A DNA stretch of 64,000 bases, taken from the NCBI GenBank assembly GCA_963843795.1, contig CAWJLW010000006.1, positions 2,046,001 through 2,110,000 on the forward strand, read 5' to 3'. The stretch comes from an uncultured bacterium. Its GTDB lineage: Bacteria > Armatimonadota > Abditibacteriia > Abditibacteriales > Abditibacteriaceae. Below the pieces are notes generated by a model that saw only the letters and a list, made by a program, of their open reading frames with translations, was not told the DNA's origin and made no database searches. The translations under genes were made by a program, and so were the position numbers. The stretch's first letter is position 1. The number at the start of each line of letters is the position of its first letter. Positions 51,871 to 63,247 of this stretch are shown here, piece by piece.

Positions 51871-52980
51871 TTGGCGCCCACTTTTCCCACGTCTTCGATG
51901 GAAGCAGATGCGATTGGAGCGCCAGATTTAACCACGTCCGGCGCAAAATCGAAGCGCGCCAAAAAAGATTTTGTCAACGGCGATTACAAAGAATTGAAGC
52001 GCATTATCGTCGAAAATCGCTTGCTGGAAAAGCAAAGCGGCTACTACGTTTACAAAATTGCGCTCACTTTTGCCCTGGCCGGACTAACCGTTTTCGGAAT
52101 TTGGCAAGCGAGCACATGGTGGCAGTTGATGTTGGTGGCGGCGTTTGCCGGTTTCGCGTCCTCGCAGGTCGCTTTTTTGGGTCATGATGCCGGTCATCGC
52201 CAGATCGCGCGCACGACGCGTGGCAACGATCTCATCGGCTACCTGGTCGCGAATATTCTGTCAGGCGTGTGTTTCACCTGGTGGATGGACGACCACAATC
52301 GTCATCACAGCCATACTAACGATTTAGAACTCGATCCCAATGTCGATTATCCGGTCTTAGCATTTGACCGCAGCCAGTTGGCCGATAAAAAAGGTTGGCA
52401 GTTGTGGATTATCAAGCATCAGAAATACTTTTTCTTCCCGATTCTTAGCCTCGCGGGCATCAACCTGAAGGCTGGTAGCGTGAAGTTCATGATCGAGAAC
52501 AAATTTCCTACGCGGACTATGGAAGCGATGCTGATGGCGTTTCACTACGCGTGGTATTTCGGATTGCTGGCTTATTTTCTGGGCTGGTGGGCACTGCCAT
52601 TTATTGTGGTGCATCAGATTTCGTGGGGCGTTTTTCTGGGTAGCGTTTTCGCGCCCAACCACAAAGGAATGCCCCTGATGGAAGGCGAAAGCCGTCGCGA
52701 TTATCTGCGCGTTCAAGTCTTGACTTCGCGTAACGTGCGTGCCCATCCCGTCACCGATTTCATGTATGGTGGCCTGAATTATCAGATCGAACATCACTTG
52801 TTTCCCTCGATCCCACGCAATCGGATGCGCGAGTTGCAAAAGCAGGTGAAAAGTTTCTGCGAAGCACACCAAATTTCGTATCACGAAACCAGCACGCTGC
52901 AATCGTATCACGAAATTATCGACCATTTAGAAGAAGTCAGCGCGCCGCTGCACGAAACAAAATCCGCCAAACAGAACTGA
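51871..52980 (+). CDS. Membrane fatty acid (acyl-CoA) desaturase, front-end type
   Basis: HDAGH, HNRHH, QIEHHLFP boxes; start uncertain. Confidence 0.9.
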   Translation: MAPTFPTSSMEADAIGAPDLTTSGAKSKRAKKDFVNGDYKELKRIIVENRLLEKQSGYYVYKIALTFALAGLTVFGIWQASTWWQLMLVAAFAGFASSQVAFLGHDAGHRQIARTTRGNDLIGYLVANILSGVCFTWWMDDHNRHHSHTNDLELDPNVDYPVLAFDRSQLADKKGWQLWIIKHQKYFFFPILSLAGINLKAGSVKFMIENKFPTRTMEAMLMAFHYAWYFGLLAYFLGWWALPFIVVHQISWGVFLGSVFAPNHKGMPLMEGESRRDYLRVQVLTSRNVRAHPVTDFMYGGLNYQIEHHLFPSIPRNRMRELQKQVKSFCEAHQISYHETSTLQSYHEIIDHLEEVSAPLHETKSAKQN

Positions 52981-52997
52981 TTGTCGCTGAGTGACAC

Positions 52998-53031
52998 AAA
53001 AGCGCGCTGCAAGTACTTGCAGCGCGCTTTT
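52998..53031. terminator. 34-bp perfect palindrome centred on GCAAGTACTTGC; terminator-like
   Basis: AAAAGCGCGCTGCAAGT|ACTTGCAGCGCGCTTTT right after the desaturase stop. Confidence 0.85.
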
Positions 53032-53211
53032 TCGATACAGCAGTCTTGCGCTTTAGGTTTATTAAGTGGAAATTACAATGCGGTTTTGCTAATCATATCG
53101 CGTACTACAGCTGTACAATAACAGTTGCGCTGCGGCGCGCGGCTTGGTTGTGTGCGATAAACTGCATTCAGTTTTGCCGTTTTTGTGTTCGTATGAGTTC
53201 TCAAAAAGCAG

Positions 53212-53430
53212 GTGTGTAAAATGCTCAAATCCATAATAAGCACATTCGTGATACTGGTCGCGGGTGCATCTGTTTTTCTGATGGGCGCTGTTTCCATGAC
53301 CGGAGTTGATCTAAGCCTTCCGGTCAACATAATTGAATTCATCGTCACTAACGGACTCATTTTGATAGGTATTATCGCGGCCTTGAGGCAAGTGTGGTCG
53401 AAAAAATCCCACTCGGATGTGCCAGAGTAA
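53212..53430 (+). CDS. Small two-TM hypothetical protein
   Basis: Two hydrophobic segments; AT-richer region. Confidence 0.4.
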   Translation: MCKMLKSIISTFVILVAGASVFLMGAVSMTGVDLSLPVNIIEFIVTNGLILIGIIAALRQVWSKKSHSDVPE

Positions 53431-53766
53431 GGACAAAACTGCAACTTATTAACCGAATTGTAATAAGTCGATGCACCGGACCGCCTCGCTGCTGAGAAAA
53501 GCATAAGTTCTACCTTTTGGCTTTCTCCCACAGGCTGCTGTAGAAGGCTTCTCTTTTGGCCTCATGGGGGCATCAGTCTCAACACCTGCGAAGAATTCCG
53601 CTGATCCTAAACAGTACTCATCGGTCGTGGTTCGCGAGGGTGTGGGTGGCCATCTTTTCTTTTTAGGGCTCTGCTACGTTCGGTATTGATCTCAGTAAGC
53701 ATACACTCGCCGACACTTGGTTCAATCTTTTAACACATCTATCATCTGCAGAGAAGTGGCCGTTAA

Positions 53767-55821
53767 TCACTGTTTTTCAATTTCGCGTAAGCGCGCTTCC
53801 AAATCTTCCGCGATTTCCCAATCCGCACCGAAGCGCGCGCGTTCGTAATCGTGGAGCCATCTCGCGACATCGGGACGTGTTGCGGACAAATGGTGACGGG
53901 CAAAAGCGCGCTGCCAGGAAAGCGAGGGCGTGACGCGCGCGCCCTGACGCGCCAGCCAACGCTCGAAACGTGGAGAAAGTTGGGCGAGCTTCGCGTCGGG
54001 AGATTCGTAATCGTGATCGCGTGATTTTGCCCCACCGCGCGCGAGGCGAAACGGTTGCACGCGAATGAGAAACCACAATCCCAGCGGCATCATCACGATG
54101 TAAAACCAAGTACGCTTGGGAACTTTTACGGCGCGCTGACGAATGTTTTCCAGCATGTCGCGCGCCCACTCGTTGACACGCTGGAACGCGCTGACATTGG
54201 GCATTACGTCGGGCCGACCGCCGCCGGGTGTGGCGTCGGCGGTGACCCAGCCGATGCCATCGAGCCAAATTTCGCTCCACGCATGCGCGTCGCGTTGACG
54301 CACTACCGTGACCGCGCCGCCGCTGCCCAACTCGCTTTCGTGGGCCAGATAACCGATAACGTAGCGGGCGGGAATGCCATTGATGCGCGCCATAATCGTC
54401 ATCGCAGCCGCGAAAAATTCGCAGTGCGCGGCGCCTTGATTAATCAGAAACTGGGCCAGAGGATCGCCCGCATCATACCGAATGGCGAAAGTGAGCGAGT
54501 ATTGGTGATTGGCCATCAAATAGGCGGCGATATTCTGCGCTTTTTCGGCGGGCGTTGTGGCATTCCCGGCTGCGCTGAGCGCGATTTGCCTGACACGCGG
54601 ATCGAGATCGTCTGGCAATTGCAGGTTCGCGAGGCGATCGGAAGCGGTAAGTGGCGCGCACAACGGGCCTTGATACGTCGGCACGCCCTGAATATTCTGC
54701 TCGTTGGCGATGATTTGATAAGTCCAGGGAGCATTTTCATCGCAAATCAGCAAGCCGCTCTCGCGATTGCCCTGCACAATCACTTCGTCGATACCGTTGC
54801 CCGGCCCAGGAATGATGCCGGTGGAATTGAGAGGCGCGAAAATGGGACTGGTCTGTAAATCGACCAAACGCGTGACGCGCGCACGCGCGCCACTTTGCGC
54901 GCTACCCAGTTGCCGAACTCCCCAGGGCGCAAGTTCACGTCGGCTCACCGAAGGCGACCACGCACCAAGACGATAAGTTTCAAAAGCCGCAGCGCGCAGA
55001 TGCGGATCGGACAGACTGCCTTCCACTTTCAAAATGCGTTCGGTTGAAAGGCGCTCGTTGAAGCTGGAACTCAGACGCGGCCGATCCGAAATGCCGCCTT
55101 GCGAGGTAGGAATCTGGCGCACCGCGTTGCTGCCCAAGCTCATCAATTGTTCCCGGTATTTCAAGCCCAGACGATGCAAAAACGCGCCACCCATCAGCGT
55201 AACAAGGAGAAATCCAAGGTTCAAAAGGCCAAAGCGCGATTGCAAAAATTTCCGGCTTTTATCCAACACCTTCGCACGATTTTGAGGGTTGAAATTATCG
55301 ACAGGCTTCCAATCACGCAGCGCCCACAGCAAACAGCACCAGAACAAGGGCGTCACAAACGCGATAATTGTCGGCACAAACCCATACTGCACATTGCAAG
55401 CAGCCAAGAAAACCGCGCACGATAAAAGCAGCGAAACCGCCGGATAGCGCGCACCGCGCACCGCGCGCCAATGCTGCAACACCAGTTCGACCGCTGCGAG
55501 CTGCCCCAAAAATCGCAGCGTGGAATCGCGGAAAATCCAATCAATGTTGATGCGTCCCGAATTTGTGGTTAAAAAAAGCGCGACAAACAAAACCAAACGT
55601 AATATTGCGGGCGTTGTCGAAGTGAGCGGCCAACGCCAACTGGTAAAATGCGTGGCCAGCAGCGCAAACGCGCAAAAGGGAAGCGCCCAGCCACGCACGC
55701 CAGAAGTGAGAAGCAGCAGCGACATCGCCAAAAGCGCGCATAACGTCGCCGCCACCGAAGGGCGCAACGCGTCTTTATCTGACGAGGCTAACGAAGATGA
55801 AAATAGCGGAGTCGCGTTCAT
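53767..55821 (-). CDS. Membrane transglutaminase-like (TgpA-type) protein
   Basis: N-terminal TMs; AHCEFFA, GIPARYVIGY, DAHAWSE, DAT catalytic triad. Confidence 0.88.
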   Translation of the reverse strand: MNATPLFSSSLASSDKDALRPSVAATLCALLAMSLLLLTSGVRGWALPFCAFALLATHFTSWRWPLTSTTPAILRLVLFVALFLTTNSGRINIDWIFRDSTLRFLGQLAAVELVLQHWRAVRGARYPAVSLLLSCAVFLAACNVQYGFVPTIIAFVTPLFWCCLLWALRDWKPVDNFNPQNRAKVLDKSRKFLQSRFGLLNLGFLLVTLMGGAFLHRLGLKYREQLMSLGSNAVRQIPTSQGGISDRPRLSSSFNERLSTERILKVEGSLSDPHLRAAAFETYRLGAWSPSVSRRELAPWGVRQLGSAQSGARARVTRLVDLQTSPIFAPLNSTGIIPGPGNGIDEVIVQGNRESGLLICDENAPWTYQIIANEQNIQGVPTYQGPLCAPLTASDRLANLQLPDDLDPRVRQIALSAAGNATTPAEKAQNIAAYLMANHQYSLTFAIRYDAGDPLAQFLINQGAAHCEFFAAAMTIMARINGIPARYVIGYLAHESELGSGGAVTVVRQRDAHAWSEIWLDGIGWVTADATPGGGRPDVMPNVSAFQRVNEWARDMLENIRQRAVKVPKRTWFYIVMMPLGLWFLIRVQPFRLARGGAKSRDHDYESPDAKLAQLSPRFERWLARQGARVTPSLSWQRAFARHHLSATRPDVARWLHDYERARFGADWEIAEDLEARLREIEKQ

Positions 55822-55926
55822 GAGGCGTTGATTCAAAAGCAGTGAGATTGAGGAAGTTGGACGAGTTCTCGTGGGCTGCAAGTACTTGCAGCGGGCTTTC
55901 TCGATTTCATTTTTCTCCCCTTCAAT

Positions 55927-57402
55927 TCAAATTTCGCGCACGCCACGCTGCACATCACTTGAAGTGAGCAGCGGCGCGTCGCCAATCCAACCGCTATCGG
56001 CAGTGAGATCACAAGAAGTTGGGCTGTCGCGCACCACGACCACGCGTACCGCTGCGCCCTGCTCCACTAACGAGCGTATTAACTCGCGCCGCTCTTCATT
56101 CCAATCGCCTAGAATGCAGACGAAAGTGGAGACTTGTCCCAGATATTCTGCGATTTCGGCACCCAGAGCCGACAAATCGACATCGGGCGTGGCTTCGACG
56201 CGCGCCAAAACATCCAAAATCTGATCCAGATAAGCTGCGCTGTGTCCATCGGCCAAATGATGCAACTCGTCGCCCGCTGCGAAAATATCGACCACATAAT
56301 CTTCGCGCGCCAGATAATCGCCCACTGCAGCAGCCAGAGAAACCGCGCTTTCAAAAGCCCCGTTGCTGGTTTCATTCAACTTGGTTTTTTGAATTTTATC
56401 AATCGGATAATAGGCGCAGGTGTCGAGGATAACGCCGACGCGCAGCAACCATTCTTCGCGATATTCGCGCACGACGGGCCGGTCGAGCGGACGACGCAAA
56501 CGTGCTGTAGCGCGCCAGTCGATGTCGCGCAGGTTGTCGCCTTCGCGCCATTCGCGATTGCCCCAAAACTCGAAACTTTCGCCGCGCATATTTGCCAGCG
56601 CGACACCTCCGGCATGATGGCTGCGGCCAGTAGGCAGTTCCAAGTGGCGCAGCGGCACAAAAGCGGGAAAAACGATCAGTGTCGTATCGTGCAGAAAATC
56701 CTGTGAAGCTTGCATCAAACCAAAAGGCGCGTCGCTTTCCAAACTCCAGCCACGCAAAACCCACACACCGCGCCGGGTGCATTTCAACTGCAAGGCCACG
56801 CGCGTGGTTTCGCCCGCCTGCAAAAGCGGCAGAAGGGCACCTGATTCAGGCTCAACTTCAAACCAGGGCGGCAAACGATAAGCAACTATGCGCGCTCGTC
56901 CCAAAGCACGCTGCGTCGTGACTTCCACATCAACAGAAAAAGTCTGGCCCAACGCCACGCGTTCGGCATAACGCGCTTTAAGAGCGGCGCGCGGTTGAAA
57001 AATCCACAAAGCCACCAGCGCCAGAGTCCACATCGAGGCCGCGTAACACAACGGCACGAACATTTGTAAATCGAGCGAAATCGAACCGGCGCTGACAAAC
57101 AAAATCGTCGCGCCCGCCATCCAACGCCCGTTCGTGGTGAGCGTGTGCGCCCAAAAATGCCAGGTTTTCACCAATCCTGTGCGATTGATGGCCGTGTAAT
57201 AACGGCCATCGTGGTGATTGGAAAGCGGTGGCAAACCTTCGCGCAAATCGCGCGCATCGACCCGATAATGCACCGATGTCGCACCAACGAAATCTGACGC
57301 GCCAGATTTTAGCGAAGATTTCACTAAACGCCGGTTTTTCAGGCGAACTTTGGCTTGAGATTTTTGGTTTGATTTTTCGGTAGGCGCGCCGAAAGCGTTC
57401 AT
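55927..57402 (-). CDS. DUF58 domain protein
   Basis: EFWGNREWREGDNLRDIDWRATAR, VREY, FESAVSLAA; start uncertain. Confidence 0.88.
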   Translation of the reverse strand: MNAFGAPTEKSNQKSQAKVRLKNRRLVKSSLKSGASDFVGATSVHYRVDARDLREGLPPLSNHHDGRYYTAINRTGLVKTWHFWAHTLTTNGRWMAGATILFVSAGSISLDLQMFVPLCYAASMWTLALVALWIFQPRAALKARYAERVALGQTFSVDVEVTTQRALGRARIVAYRLPPWFEVEPESGALLPLLQAGETTRVALQLKCTRRGVWVLRGWSLESDAPFGLMQASQDFLHDTTLIVFPAFVPLRHLELPTGRSHHAGGVALANMRGESFEFWGNREWREGDNLRDIDWRATARLRRPLDRPVVREYREEWLLRVGVILDTCAYYPIDKIQKTKLNETSNGAFESAVSLAAAVGDYLAREDYVVDIFAAGDELHHLADGHSAAYLDQILDVLARVEATPDVDLSALGAEIAEYLGQVSTFVCILGDWNEERRELIRSLVEQGAAVRVVVVRDSPTSCDLTADSGWIGDAPLLTSSDVQRGVREI

Positions 57403-57585
57403 ATTTTCATTGTGGCCTTCAAAACAAGAAATAGCGACGATTTGAAACGGGCACTGGATGCACCTAAGTGTGGCAATAAAAGTTGCAAGTACTTGCAACA
57501 AAAATCGGTGAGACTTTTGTGACGGAACCGCTCGAATAGGTGTTGGTCGTTTTGTGGTATCAAACCGCAATTTTCTGGAGGAAAT

Positions 57586-58281
57586 ATGACACAGCCCAAA
57601 TCTGCGAGCAATCTGGTCATTTTTGGAGCACTGGCGCTTGTCGCTGTCATCGCCGCTGCGCCACTGCTCATGGCCGCCGGTTCTAAAGATGCGCCCAAAA
57701 AATCGCAAAATGCTGCCAAAATTCAACCACCCACAGCCGAACAAACCAAGCGCATGGCGCACGCCACATTCGCCGGTGGCTGCTTTTGGAGCATGGAAGC
57801 GATTTTCAAGCAACTCAAAGGCGTTTATCGCGCTGAACCCGGTTATTCCGGCGGTACGTCTCCCTATCCAACTTATGAACAAGTCGGGACAGGCGCAACT
57901 GGCTATGCGGAAAGTTTGGATATCGACTACGATCCCAAACTAATTTCTTACGATACGCTGCTCAAAGTGCTTTTAACGGTTCACGATCCGACAACCAAAG
58001 ATCGTCAGGGCGCGGACGTTGGTCCGCAGTATCGTTCGATTATTTTTTATCGCGATGACGCACAGAAAAAAGCCGCGCAAGAAACTATTGCGCAGTTCAA
58101 TCGCGACAAGGTCTATGAGAATCCGATTGTGACCGAATTGGTGCCGTTCAAGAAGTTTTATCGCGCCGAAGATTATCACCTGGATTACTACAATTTGAAT
58201 CCGAATCAAGGATATTGCCGCGCCGTCGTAAAGCCAAAAATCGACAAGTTTCAACATAAGTTCAAAGACTATTTGAAGTAA
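57586..58281 (+). CDS. msrA: Peptide-methionine (S)-S-oxide reductase with N-terminal signal/TM
   Basis: FAGGCFW, YEQV, HDPT, RQGADVGPQYRS, AEDYH, GYC; GGAGG RBS. Confidence 0.95.
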   Translation: MTQPKSASNLVIFGALALVAVIAAAPLLMAAGSKDAPKKSQNAAKIQPPTAEQTKRMAHATFAGGCFWSMEAIFKQLKGVYRAEPGYSGGTSPYPTYEQVGTGATGYAESLDIDYDPKLISYDTLLKVLLTVHDPTTKDRQGADVGPQYRSIIFYRDDAQKKAAQETIAQFNRDKVYENPIVTELVPFKKFYRAEDYHLDYYNLNPNQGYCRAVVKPKIDKFQHKFKDYLK

Positions 58282-58285
58282 TTGG

Positions 58286-58342
58286 AGACAGCAAAACGCC
58301 CTGCAAGTACTGCGCAAGCACTTGCAGGGCGTTTTGCTGTCT
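58286..58342. terminator. Long hairpin built on a degenerate doublet of the palindrome; bidirectional terminator-like
   Basis: AGACAGCAAAACGCCCTGCAAGT-ACTGCGCAAGC-ACTTGCAGGGCGTTTTGCTGTCT between convergent genes. Confidence 0.8.
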
Positions 58343-58386
58343 TCAATTTTTCGCCAAGATGTAGAGGGCGAAAATGGCGTTAGCAG

Positions 58387-58995
58387 TTATCTTTGAGCCA
58401 CGCCCAAATTGGTCATGCCAGTAGTGAGATTGCCCAGAAAACCGCCCAGATGCGCGTTTTCATTACCAATGATTCCACTCATGGTGAGAAAGATTTTCAA
58501 GCGCGGTTGTGCGTCGAAATCGACTTTCTGCTTCAGTGCATCGATGGAGTCGTCGCGTAATTTGCGCGCGGTTTCGGCTTCGTTATGTAGATTTTGCAAC
58601 AAAGCGTCCATTTGTTCATCACTCAGTTTGTTTTCCATTAAAGCCTGCGCGACTTGGCGATGAGCTTCGCGCACCGGCGCAAAATCGCGGTCTTGCTGAA
58701 GCATCGTGGCGGCAATCGCATCTTGAAATTCCGCATTGTCGAAGCCCAGCCACGTCATGGTGCCGCGCAGCGTTTGCTCGGCGACTTTTCTCGTCGCTTC
58801 TTCGCGTTGCTGCGGCGTCATCTTATTCCAGCCTGGTATCGGATTCCCCCAGGCCGCCAATGGATTGGGTTGTCCCGCCGGATTGGTTGCTTTGGGCGCG
58901 TTGTTAGGGTCGGGCTGCGCGTGCGCACTTTGTATCTGCACAGTCAGTCCGCCACTTAAAAGGACGGCGCTCAGCAACAAAGTTTTCGTCTTCAT
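58387..58995 (-). CDS. Secreted helical hypothetical protein
   Basis: Signal peptide ending AHA; GGAGG RBS. Confidence 0.7.
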   Translation of the reverse strand: MKTKTLLLSAVLLSGGLTVQIQSAHAQPDPNNAPKATNPAGQPNPLAAWGNPIPGWNKMTPQQREEATRKVAEQTLRGTMTWLGFDNAEFQDAIAATMLQQDRDFAPVREAHRQVAQALMENKLSDEQMDALLQNLHNEAETARKLRDDSIDALKQKVDFDAQPRLKIFLTMSGIIGNENAHLGGFLGNLTTGMTNLGVAQR

Positions 58996-59015
58996 TTTAT
59001 CCTCCGTATTCTCAA

Positions 59016-60212
59016 TCATTGGAATCGCAATGCTTCTATCGGGTCGAGTTGCGCGGCTTTATACGCTGGATAAATGCCAAAAAAGATGCCGATGCTGGCC
59101 GAAACGCCAAAGGCAACCGATACCCACAGCCACGAAACTACCGCTGGCACACTGGTGAATTTAGTGAGCAATGCCGAGACTGCAAAACCGCCAGCAATGC
59201 CGATCAATCCGCCTAAAACACTTAGCGTGAGTGCTTCGATGAGAAACTGAAACATGATATTAAAATTGCGAGCGCCAACCGCTTTGCGGATGCCAATTTC
59301 GCGGGTGCGCTCGGTGACCGAAACCAGCATGATGTTCATAATGCCGATACCGCCGACTAATAAAGCCACGCCCGCGATGCCACTGAGCAAAAAAGTCAGA
59401 ATTTGTGTCGCGTTATCGCCGAATTGCATCAATTCCTGCTGCGAGCGCACGGAAAAATCGTTGTCTTCCTTTGGGCCGATGCGATGGCGGCGGCGCAGCA
59501 CTTCCTCGATTTGCGTCACGGCTTGCGGCGAATCTTCGGCCTTTTCGGTCTGCGCATAAATCTGCGAAACCGAATCGACGCCGAACACTTGTTTCATACC
59601 GGTCGTGAGCGGAATCACGATCTGATCATCGGGGTCGCCGAACATCGCCGAGCCTTTGGATTTTAAAATGCCTTCAATTTTAAAATTGATGTTGTTGATG
59701 CGCAGCGATTTGCCAATTGGCGTGCCTGCGCCGAACAAATTGGTCGCGGTCGTTTTGCCCACGACGCAAACTTTGCGGTTTCCCCGCACATCGCGGTCGC
59801 TGAAAAAGTTTCCGCTTTCAATTTCAAAGCCGCGAATTTCTTGAAAATCAGTCGTGGTGCAAACAATAGTAGTTGTAACTTTGCTGTTGCGAAATTTGGC
59901 CTGACCTTCGCGCTGCACTTGCGGCGCGACACGCGTGACCAGTGGCGCATCGGCGAGAATTTTCTCGGCATCTTCAATGGTGAGATCTTTGGGGCGCTTT
60001 TCGCCCCGACCGTAATCTTGAAAAATCGTGATCGAATTGCTGCCCAGCGATTGCACTTGCCCCAGAATTTGCTGGCGCGCACCCTGCCCAATCGCCGTGC
60101 CCAGAATCACCGCGAAAACGCCGATGGTAATGCCCAACATCGTCAGCGACGAACGCATTTTATTGGCCGCCAAACCTTGCAGCGCGACCAACATATTTTC
60201 CCAGAGATTCAT
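59016..60212 (-). CDS. MacB/FtsX-family ABC permease
   Basis: RSSLTMLGITIG, GGIGIMNIMLVSVTERTREIGIRKAVGA, DPIEALR. Confidence 0.95.
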   Translation of the reverse strand: MNLWENMLVALQGLAANKMRSSLTMLGITIGVFAVILGTAIGQGARQQILGQVQSLGSNSITIFQDYGRGEKRPKDLTIEDAEKILADAPLVTRVAPQVQREGQAKFRNSKVTTTIVCTTTDFQEIRGFEIESGNFFSDRDVRGNRKVCVVGKTTATNLFGAGTPIGKSLRINNINFKIEGILKSKGSAMFGDPDDQIVIPLTTGMKQVFGVDSVSQIYAQTEKAEDSPQAVTQIEEVLRRRHRIGPKEDNDFSVRSQQELMQFGDNATQILTFLLSGIAGVALLVGGIGIMNIMLVSVTERTREIGIRKAVGARNFNIMFQFLIEALTLSVLGGLIGIAGGFAVSALLTKFTSVPAVVSWLWVSVAFGVSASIGIFFGIYPAYKAAQLDPIEALRFQ

Positions 60213-60243
60213 AATTTCTCACGGCAAGTACTTGCCGTAGCGT

Positions 60244-61029
60244 TTAACTCTCAGCCACCACATTTTCCGTCGTTTCCACGCCTTCTTCGGGCGGCATCGC
60301 GCGCAACAATTGCACCGCGTCCAAACGCTCATCCACCATTTCATCGCCGACTACGCGTCCATCGTGAAAGCGCACGATGCGGCGCGCGTGACGCGCGATG
60401 TCCGGTTCGTGCGTCACCATCACGACAGTACGACCTTCCTCGTTCAAGCGCTGAAAAATCGTCATGATTTCTTCACCTTGCCGCGACGCCAGCGCGCCAG
60501 TCGGTTCGTCGGCCAGCAGAATCACCGGATCGTTGACCAAAGCGCGCGCTATCGCCACGCGTTGCTGCTGTCCGCCGGAAAGTTCGTTGGGTTGATGGTG
60601 CAAACGGTCGCCCAAACCGACCGCTTCCATCGCTGCGGTTGCGCGTCGCCGCCGATCTCCGGCATCGGTTCCAGCGTACAACAATGGCAATTCGACGTTT
60701 TGGAGAGCAGTCGTGCGCGCCAGCAAGTTAAACGTTTGAAAAACGAAGCCGATTTTTCGATTGCGCACCGTCGCCAATTCATCCGGCAAAAGATGGCCGA
60801 CTTCCTGATTATCCAATTGATACGAACCTAAAGTCGGCTGATCCAGGCAACCAATCAGGTTCATAAAAGTACTTTTGCCACAACCCGATGGTCCCATAAT
60901 GGCGACGAACTCGCCTTCTTGAATGCTGAGATCGACGCCGCGCAGCGCGCGCACCCGCACTTCGCCCATGATGTATTCTTTCTGCAAATCGTGCGTGCGG
61001 ATGATCGCTGGCGTTTTGGTTTCATTCAT
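60244..61029 (-). CDS. MacB/LolD-family ABC ATP-binding protein
   Basis: [28 protein letters not shown]. Confidence 0.96.
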   Translation of the reverse strand: MNETKTPAIIRTHDLQKEYIMGEVRVRALRGVDLSIQEGEFVAIMGPSGCGKSTFMNLIGCLDQPTLGSYQLDNQEVGHLLPDELATVRNRKIGFVFQTFNLLARTTALQNVELPLLYAGTDAGDRRRRATAAMEAVGLGDRLHHQPNELSGGQQQRVAIARALVNDPVILLADEPTGALASRQGEEIMTIFQRLNEEGRTVVMVTHEPDIARHARRIVRFHDGRVVGDEMVDERLDAVQLLRAMPPEEGVETTENVVAES

Positions 61030-63200
61030 TATCGGCCTCTCCCCCTGTTGCCAAAACTTCCACTTACTGCCGCCGCGCCGCCCGGTTCGGTTATTTTGGT
61101 CACGACGGTTTCGCCATCTTTTACGCCCGATAAAATCTGCGTATATTCATCGCCGCGCACACCGACTTTAACCTCACGCTCGACTTGATTGCTTTTCTCC
61201 CACAAAGGCTTTTTCGGGTCTTTAATCACCGTCACGACCGATTTTTCACCCTTGTCGCGCACCGCTTCGACCGGAACGCTGATGACATCGGGGCGATCAT
61301 TCACGATGAAATCGCAGTTCGCGTTCATCTGCGGGCGCAGCTTGCCATTGACATTTTTCGGATCAACTTCGACCTGCACGCGCACCGAAGTCACGTTATT
61401 GACTGCCACCGCGAGGGGATAAATTTTACGTACCTGTCCTTTGCGAGTTGCATCGGGATACGCGTCCAGAACAATATTCACTTTCTGGCCAGTTTGCACT
61501 TTGGCAATATCGGCTTCATCGACCTGCACATCGACGTACATTCGCGACACGTTAGCCAATTGCACAATCGACGTGCCGCCCGAGGCACCGCTCTGACCCG
61601 ACTGAATAATCGAACCGACATCGACATATTTCTGCAAAATAATACCGTCGCGTGGTGCGGTAACCGTTGTTTCCGCACGATTTTCGCGCGCGTTTTTCAA
61701 GGTTGATTCCGCCCGCACCAAGCGCGCGCGCGCTTGTTCCACATCTTCTGCGCGCACATCGTTTTGAATCCGGCTCGCTTCCGAACCACTCAAAACCGCG
61801 TCCGCCTGTTGTACCGCCGCGCGCGCCGCGTCCACATCTGCCGCGCGCACATTCACCTGTCGCGTACCGGCCTGGGTGCTGGTCAATGCAGCTTCGGCCT
61901 GCGCCAGAGCTGCGCGCGCCGAACTCACTTCGCTTTGGCGCAAACCAATCTGACGCTGATTGGCCTGTGCGGTGCGCAAACCGGCTTGCGCTTGTTCCAA
62001 GGCCGCGCGTGAGGAAACCATATCTTTGTCGGCTAAGGTATCCTGCAAAGTGTTGAGCCGCGCGCTTTGCAAGGCCGCGCGCGATTGCGCCAAGCTGCTT
62101 TTAGACGCAGCCACGCGCGCTTCCTGATCGCGCTGCGCCGCAGATTGCGCTGCGTCCAACGTGTCCAATCGCGTTTGTGCGGTCTGCAAAGTCGAGCGCG
62201 CTGAAACCACGCGGTCGCGCGCATCATCGACAATGGTTTGTGCTACATACCCTTTGGCCAGCAAAGTTTCCTGTCGCTTTAAATTGGTCTGCGCCACTTC
62301 GAGTTGCGATTTGGCATCGGTGACCCCAGCTTTGGCCGTCACGAGTTCCTGCGGCTGTGTCGAATTGGTTAGTAAATTCAAGGCTTCTTCGGCAGAACTC
62401 ACGCTCGATTGCGCGGCATTGGCAGCGGCTTGGGCTTGCTCGATGGCGGCCTGCGACAAAGCGGGTTGATTTTTGGCTTGCAGCACGCTTTGATCCAGAC
62501 GCGCCTGCGCCGCTTTCACGCCGCTTTGCGCTTCTTCGATGGCGGTTTGCGAAGTGCGTTTTTGCAGTTCCAACGATTGCTGCGCTGAAGACAAGCTCGC
62601 ACGCGCCGAGCGCACGCTCGCTGCCGATTGCGCGACCTGGGCGGGATTGGAGTTGGCTTCGAGGGCCAAGGTTTGTCTGGCCTGATTCAAACGCGCTCGC
62701 GCCGCAGACAAGCTGGCTTCCGATTGCTTGATTTGCGGCCCAACCGAAGCCTGCTGCAAACGCGAATTCTGTTCGGCTTGACGCAATGATGAGCGCGCCG
62801 CGTCGAGATCGGCCTGCGCCTGCTTGAAAGCATTGTCGGTGTCTTGACGGTCAATTAAGCAAATCAATTGGCCGCGCTTGACCAGCGTGCCTTCTTCGAC
62901 CGCCATCTGCAAAACTTTGCCGCCCGCTTTCGATTTCACATCGACTGTTGTAAACGGTTGCATTTTGCCGGTCGCGGAAACAATTTCGCGCACATCTTCA
63001 ATCTTGACGAGCGCGGTTTCGATTTCGGCGTGCGGTATGACGCGCGTACGCGAACGATAAGTCGCGTAGCCGACAATGGATAGAAGCAGAACACCGAAAA
63101 TAAGCCAGCCACGTTTGGGCTTGCGGCGACGTTTGGGCACGACAGGTTTAGTGGCATCAGGTTTTTCGGCGCGTTTCTGGCGCAAATCGGGAAGTTTCAT
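61029..63200 (-). CDS. Efflux periplasmic adaptor (MFP) with very long coiled coil
   Basis: N-terminal [10 protein letters not shown] lipoyl half, long Ala/Gln helix, APRDG, VDEADI, RPQM, EILSG-like motif. Confidence 0.9.
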   Translation of the reverse strand: MKLPDLRQKRAEKPDATKPVVPKRRRKPKRGWLIFGVLLLSIVGYATYRSRTRVIPHAEIETALVKIEDVREIVSATGKMQPFTTVDVKSKAGGKVLQMAVEEGTLVKRGQLICLIDRQDTDNAFKQAQADLDAARSSLRQAEQNSRLQQASVGPQIKQSEASLSAARARLNQARQTLALEANSNPAQVAQSAASVRSARASLSSAQQSLELQKRTSQTAIEEAQSGVKAAQARLDQSVLQAKNQPALSQAAIEQAQAAANAAQSSVSSAEEALNLLTNSTQPQELVTAKAGVTDAKSQLEVAQTNLKRQETLLAKGYVAQTIVDDARDRVVSARSTLQTAQTRLDTLDAAQSAAQRDQEARVAASKSSLAQSRAALQSARLNTLQDTLADKDMVSSRAALEQAQAGLRTAQANQRQIGLRQSEVSSARAALAQAEAALTSTQAGTRQVNVRAADVDAARAAVQQADAVLSGSEASRIQNDVRAEDVEQARARLVRAESTLKNARENRAETTVTAPRDGIILQKYVDVGSIIQSGQSGASGGTSIVQLANVSRMYVDVQVDEADIAKVQTGQKVNIVLDAYPDATRKGQVRKIYPLAVAVNNVTSVRVQVEVDPKNVNGKLRPQMNANCDFIVNDRPDVISVPVEAVRDKGEKSVVTVIKDPKKPLWEKSNQVEREVKVGVRGDEYTQILSGVKDGETVVTKITEPGGAAAVSGSFGNRGRGR

Positions 63201-63247
63201 GATTGGTAAAAGCGCGCTGCAAGTACTTGCAGCGCACAATTTAATTT

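Noticed and set aside
53073..53760. AT-richer stretch with a 152-aa minus ORF as a mobile element remnant
   Set aside because: No transposase motifs, terminal repeats or target duplication seen.
60866..60877. AAAAGTACTTTT palindrome (also GAAGTACTTC at 41733 and GAAGTACTTG at 11708)
   Set aside because: Shares only the inner core and is explained by protein sequence (Walker A GKSTF); not counted.
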